Translations under genes and position numbers: made by a program
Notes under the pieces: model-generated
What the model was told of the DNA's origin: nothing
What the model saw: the letters and a program-made list of their open reading frames with translations, nothing else
Databases searched by the model: none
Assembly: GCA_022448705.1 (NCBI GenBank)
Contig: JAKUUF010000001.1
Span: 1-35,126, forward strand
Direction: 5' to 3'
DNA length: 35,126 nt
DNA from: SAR324 cluster bacterium
GTDB taxonomy: Bacteria; SAR324; NAC60-12
Shown here: piece by piece, positions 32,934 to 35,126 of the stretch
How the letters are laid out: each line of letters begins with the position of its first letter
Numbering within the stretch: the stretch's first letter is position 1

Positions 32934-34628
32934 ATGGCAATGCAGATGAAAATGCAGATGAAGATGAGCCAACAGCTCATTATGACTCCGCAGCTGCAGC
33001 AGGCCATAAAACTCCTTCAACTGTCACGTGCAGAACTGGAGGAATTAATCGAACAGACTTTAATTGAAAATCCTGTTCTTGAGGAAGGTATGGATATGGA
33101 TACTTTCCCCAGTAAAACTGAAGAATCGCAGGAATCTTCCGAGACTGAGGAAACACCTGAAGTGGTCACGGATACAGAGGAATTCGAAACTGCTCGTGAA
33201 AATGAGCAGGAGGATTCAGTGCAGGACGAAATTGACTGGCAGCAATATATTGAACAGATAGAACAATTCGGAGGATACCAGGAGCGCCGTTACAACACAA
33301 ACACTGATGACGAAGAAAGCCCCTCAATTGACATAACAGCTGCACAAACCGAATCCCTTGCAGATCACTTGATGTGGCAGTTAGATATGCATAAACTCAC
33401 CCCCCTTGAATATGAGGTTGGTGCTCACCTTATCGGAAATATTGATGACGACGGATTCCTGGTTACCAGTATTCGCGAACTGCTGGAATTACAGCAGGAT
33501 TTATACAGCAGGATCATTAAAAAACATAAAAAAGAAGGACTTCCTGAACTTCCTGAAGTTGATGCAGATTTGTGTGACCTTAAGTTTCAGTCCGGTAAAA
33601 CCACTCATAAGAAAAAAAATTCCCAGGAGAATGAGTCTAATTTAAATGAAGACGGCAAGCTGACAGAGGAAGAAACTGCAAAACCTGAAATTTTGCCTCC
33701 TGCCTGTGCATTCGTAGAATCAGTATTGAATAAAATCCAGCAGTTTAATCCCAATGGAGTTGGTGCACGAAGCTTACAGGAATCGCTTTTAATTCAATTG
33801 GAAATGCTGGGAGAGAGCGACAGCTTAAGTTCCCGCATTGTAAAGAATGATATGCAGTTTCTGGAATCGAAGGATCTCAAAAAAATTGCACGCAGACAAA
33901 AGCAGGATATTGAACAGGTTATTGATTCATATCGCCTGATTATGTCACTTGAGCCTAAACCAGGCAGGGAATTTATTTCAAACCCATCGCATCATTACAT
34001 AATTCCAGATGTTTATATCTACCAGAAGGACAACGAATACAAGGTGGCGTTGAATTCGGCGGGCATGCCACGTCTTCGCATCAGCAATTATTACAAGGAT
34101 TTAAGTAAATCTATGGAAGATGACGGCAGTCTTACAAAAGACTATATAATGGAAAAGGTTAAGGCAGGTCAATGGCTGCTGAAAAGCATAGAGCAGAGAC
34201 AAAAAACTATCTATCGCGTTACAAAAAGCATTTTGCGTTTCCAGAAAAAATTCTTTGATAAAGGTATTCATTATCTACGCCCCCTTGTACTCAAGGACGT
34301 TGCAGAAGATATAGACGTTCATGAGTCAACTGTCAGCAGGATCACTACAAACAAATATGTGCACACTCCGCAGGGAATTTTTGAATTGAAATATTTCTTC
34401 ACCAGCGGAATTGACCAGGCAAGAGGAGAAGCAGTCTCATCTAAACGAATCAAAGATATGATCCTGCAGATGGTACAGAAAGAAGATTTAAAATCCCCTT
34501 ACACTGACTTGCAGATTGCGGACGTTCTGGAGCGTCAAAGTGGAATTAAAGTTGCACGGAGAACTGTCGCAAAATACAGGGAAGCACTGAATATTCTACC
34601 ATCAAACAAACGAAAACAACTTTTCTAA
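32934..34628 (+). CDS. rpoN: RNA polymerase sigma-54 factor
   Basis: Region I (QQLIMTPQLQQAIKLLQLSRAELEELIEQ), acidic region II, core-binding region (FNPNGVGARSLQESLLIQLE), HTH (VHESTVSRITTNKYVHTPQGIFELKYFF) and RpoN box (ARRTVAKYRE). Confidence 0.95.
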   Translation: MAMQMKMQMKMSQQLIMTPQLQQAIKLLQLSRAELEELIEQTLIENPVLEEGMDMDTFPSKTEESQESSETEETPEVVTDTEEFETARENEQEDSVQDEIDWQQYIEQIEQFGGYQERRYNTNTDDEESPSIDITAAQTESLADHLMWQLDMHKLTPLEYEVGAHLIGNIDDDGFLVTSIRELLELQQDLYSRIIKKHKKEGLPELPEVDADLCDLKFQSGKTTHKKKNSQENESNLNEDGKLTEEETAKPEILPPACAFVESVLNKIQQFNPNGVGARSLQESLLIQLEMLGESDSLSSRIVKNDMQFLESKDLKKIARRQKQDIEQVIDSYRLIMSLEPKPGREFISNPSHHYIIPDVYIYQKDNEYKVALNSAGMPRLRISNYYKDLSKSMEDDGSLTKDYIMEKVKAGQWLLKSIEQRQKTIYRVTKSILRFQKKFFDKGIHYLRPLVLKDVAEDIDVHESTVSRITTNKYVHTPQGIFELKYFFTSGIDQARGEAVSSKRIKDMILQMVQKEDLKSPYTDLQIADVLERQSGIKVARRTVAKYREALNILPSNKRKQLF

Positions 34629-34649
34629 ATCTTTTGTTCCAAAACGGAT

Positions 34650-35015
34650 ATGGGAATACTGACACGTATATTTAACCTGTTTCGTGCAACTACCAGCGAT
34701 CTGCTTGACAAAGCAGAAGATCCGGAAAAAATGATCAAACAAATGATTTCTGATCTTGAGGCTCAGAAAAAAAAAGCAAAAGAGCAAATGACCGAGGCTT
34801 TAGCTTTACAAAAACGGTTGGAGCGTGACACAGAAAAAGAACACCAGGAAGCAGAAAAATGGGAGCAGAAGGCAATTCTTGCTGTACAAAATGAAAAAGA
34901 TGATTTAGCCAAGGAGGCGCTAACACGTAAAAATGAGCATCTTCGAAGGGCCCTGGATTTTGAAAAACAACTGGAAATGCATCAGAACAACGCTGATTCT
35001 CTCAAGGAGAGCTAG
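34650..35015 (+). CDS. pspA: PspA/IM30-family protein, N-terminal half only; the frame is interrupted by TAG (35013-35015) and TAA (35097-35099) while PspA-like sequence continues to the window end
   Basis: MGILTRIFNLFRATTSDLLDKAEDPEKMIKQMISDLEAQ... parallels E. coli PspA [39 protein letters not shown]. After the TAG the same frame reads QTLEDKIDEIKRKQGLLSVKQKQAEAQ, then TAA, then KIYKTIEGL. Confidence 0.75.
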   Translation: MGILTRIFNLFRATTSDLLDKAEDPEKMIKQMISDLEAQKKKAKEQMTEALALQKRLERDTEKEHQEAEKWEQKAILAVQNEKDDLAKEALTRKNEHLRRALDFEKQLEMHQNNADSLKES

Positions 35016-35126
35016 CAGACACTGGAAGACAAAATTGATGAAATCAAACGCAAGCAGGGACTTCTATCGGTAAAGCAAAAACAGGCTGAAGCACAGTAAA
35101 AAATATATAAAACCATTGAAGGGCTT

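Noticed and set aside
34629-34649. Sigma-54 promoter (TGGCAC-N5-TTGCW) upstream of pspA or elsewhere in the intergenic regions
   Set aside because: The rpoN-pspA gap is only 21 nt and has no GG/GC elements. Near-matches scanned by eye have wrong GG-to-GC spacing or lack the TTGC element (TGGAGC...TTTGCG near 24130, TGGCAT near 27640, TGGCAA near 3113).
1-35126. CRISPR arrays, IS elements, prophage, toxin-antitoxin or known defence systems
   Set aside because: I found no repeat-spacer periodicity, terminal inverted repeats or transposase/integrase-like ORFs. None of the hypothetical proteins carries a nuclease, ATPase or other defence-type motif.

Overview
AT-rich chromosomal segment from a diderm (Gram-negative-type) bacterium; I cannot assign the taxon from sequence alone. 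It uses the standard bacterial code: TAA, TAG and TGA each terminate several well-supported genes. Most of the window is housekeeping: argS, infA, ispG, dgt-like, yggS, mtnN, a MurG-like GT28, gshA-type glutamate-cysteine ligase, an M50 protease, a long RelA/SpoT homolog, lptD, lptB-rpoN, ccmB, tRNA-Gln(UUG) and a pspA-family gene. I saw no CRISPR array, transposase, integrase or recognisable defence genes. Five things stand out. (1) A PrdB/GrdB-family selenoprotein is split in two by the ORF track at an in-frame TGA that is followed by a fdhF-like SECIS hairpin. (2) A FliM-like/FliN-like gene pair (5333-7624) has no other flagellar or type III secretion genes within 35 kb. Its FliN-like member carries a roughly 330-aa polyacidic extension with two copies of an LGM[DE]E[IL]xDxV motif. 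Diverging from it is an operon encoding a TPR protein and an ExbD/TolR-like anchored protein. This block is my best candidate for an undescribed system. (3) The long RSH protein keeps its hydrolase motifs, but its synthetase motifs look degenerate. (4) The pspA-family gene right after rpoN has two in-frame stops while PspA-like sequence continues past both. (5) A perfect 21-bp tandem repeat lies between divergent infA and dgt. All functional calls rest on motifs read from the translations and recalled from memory; no database search was run.
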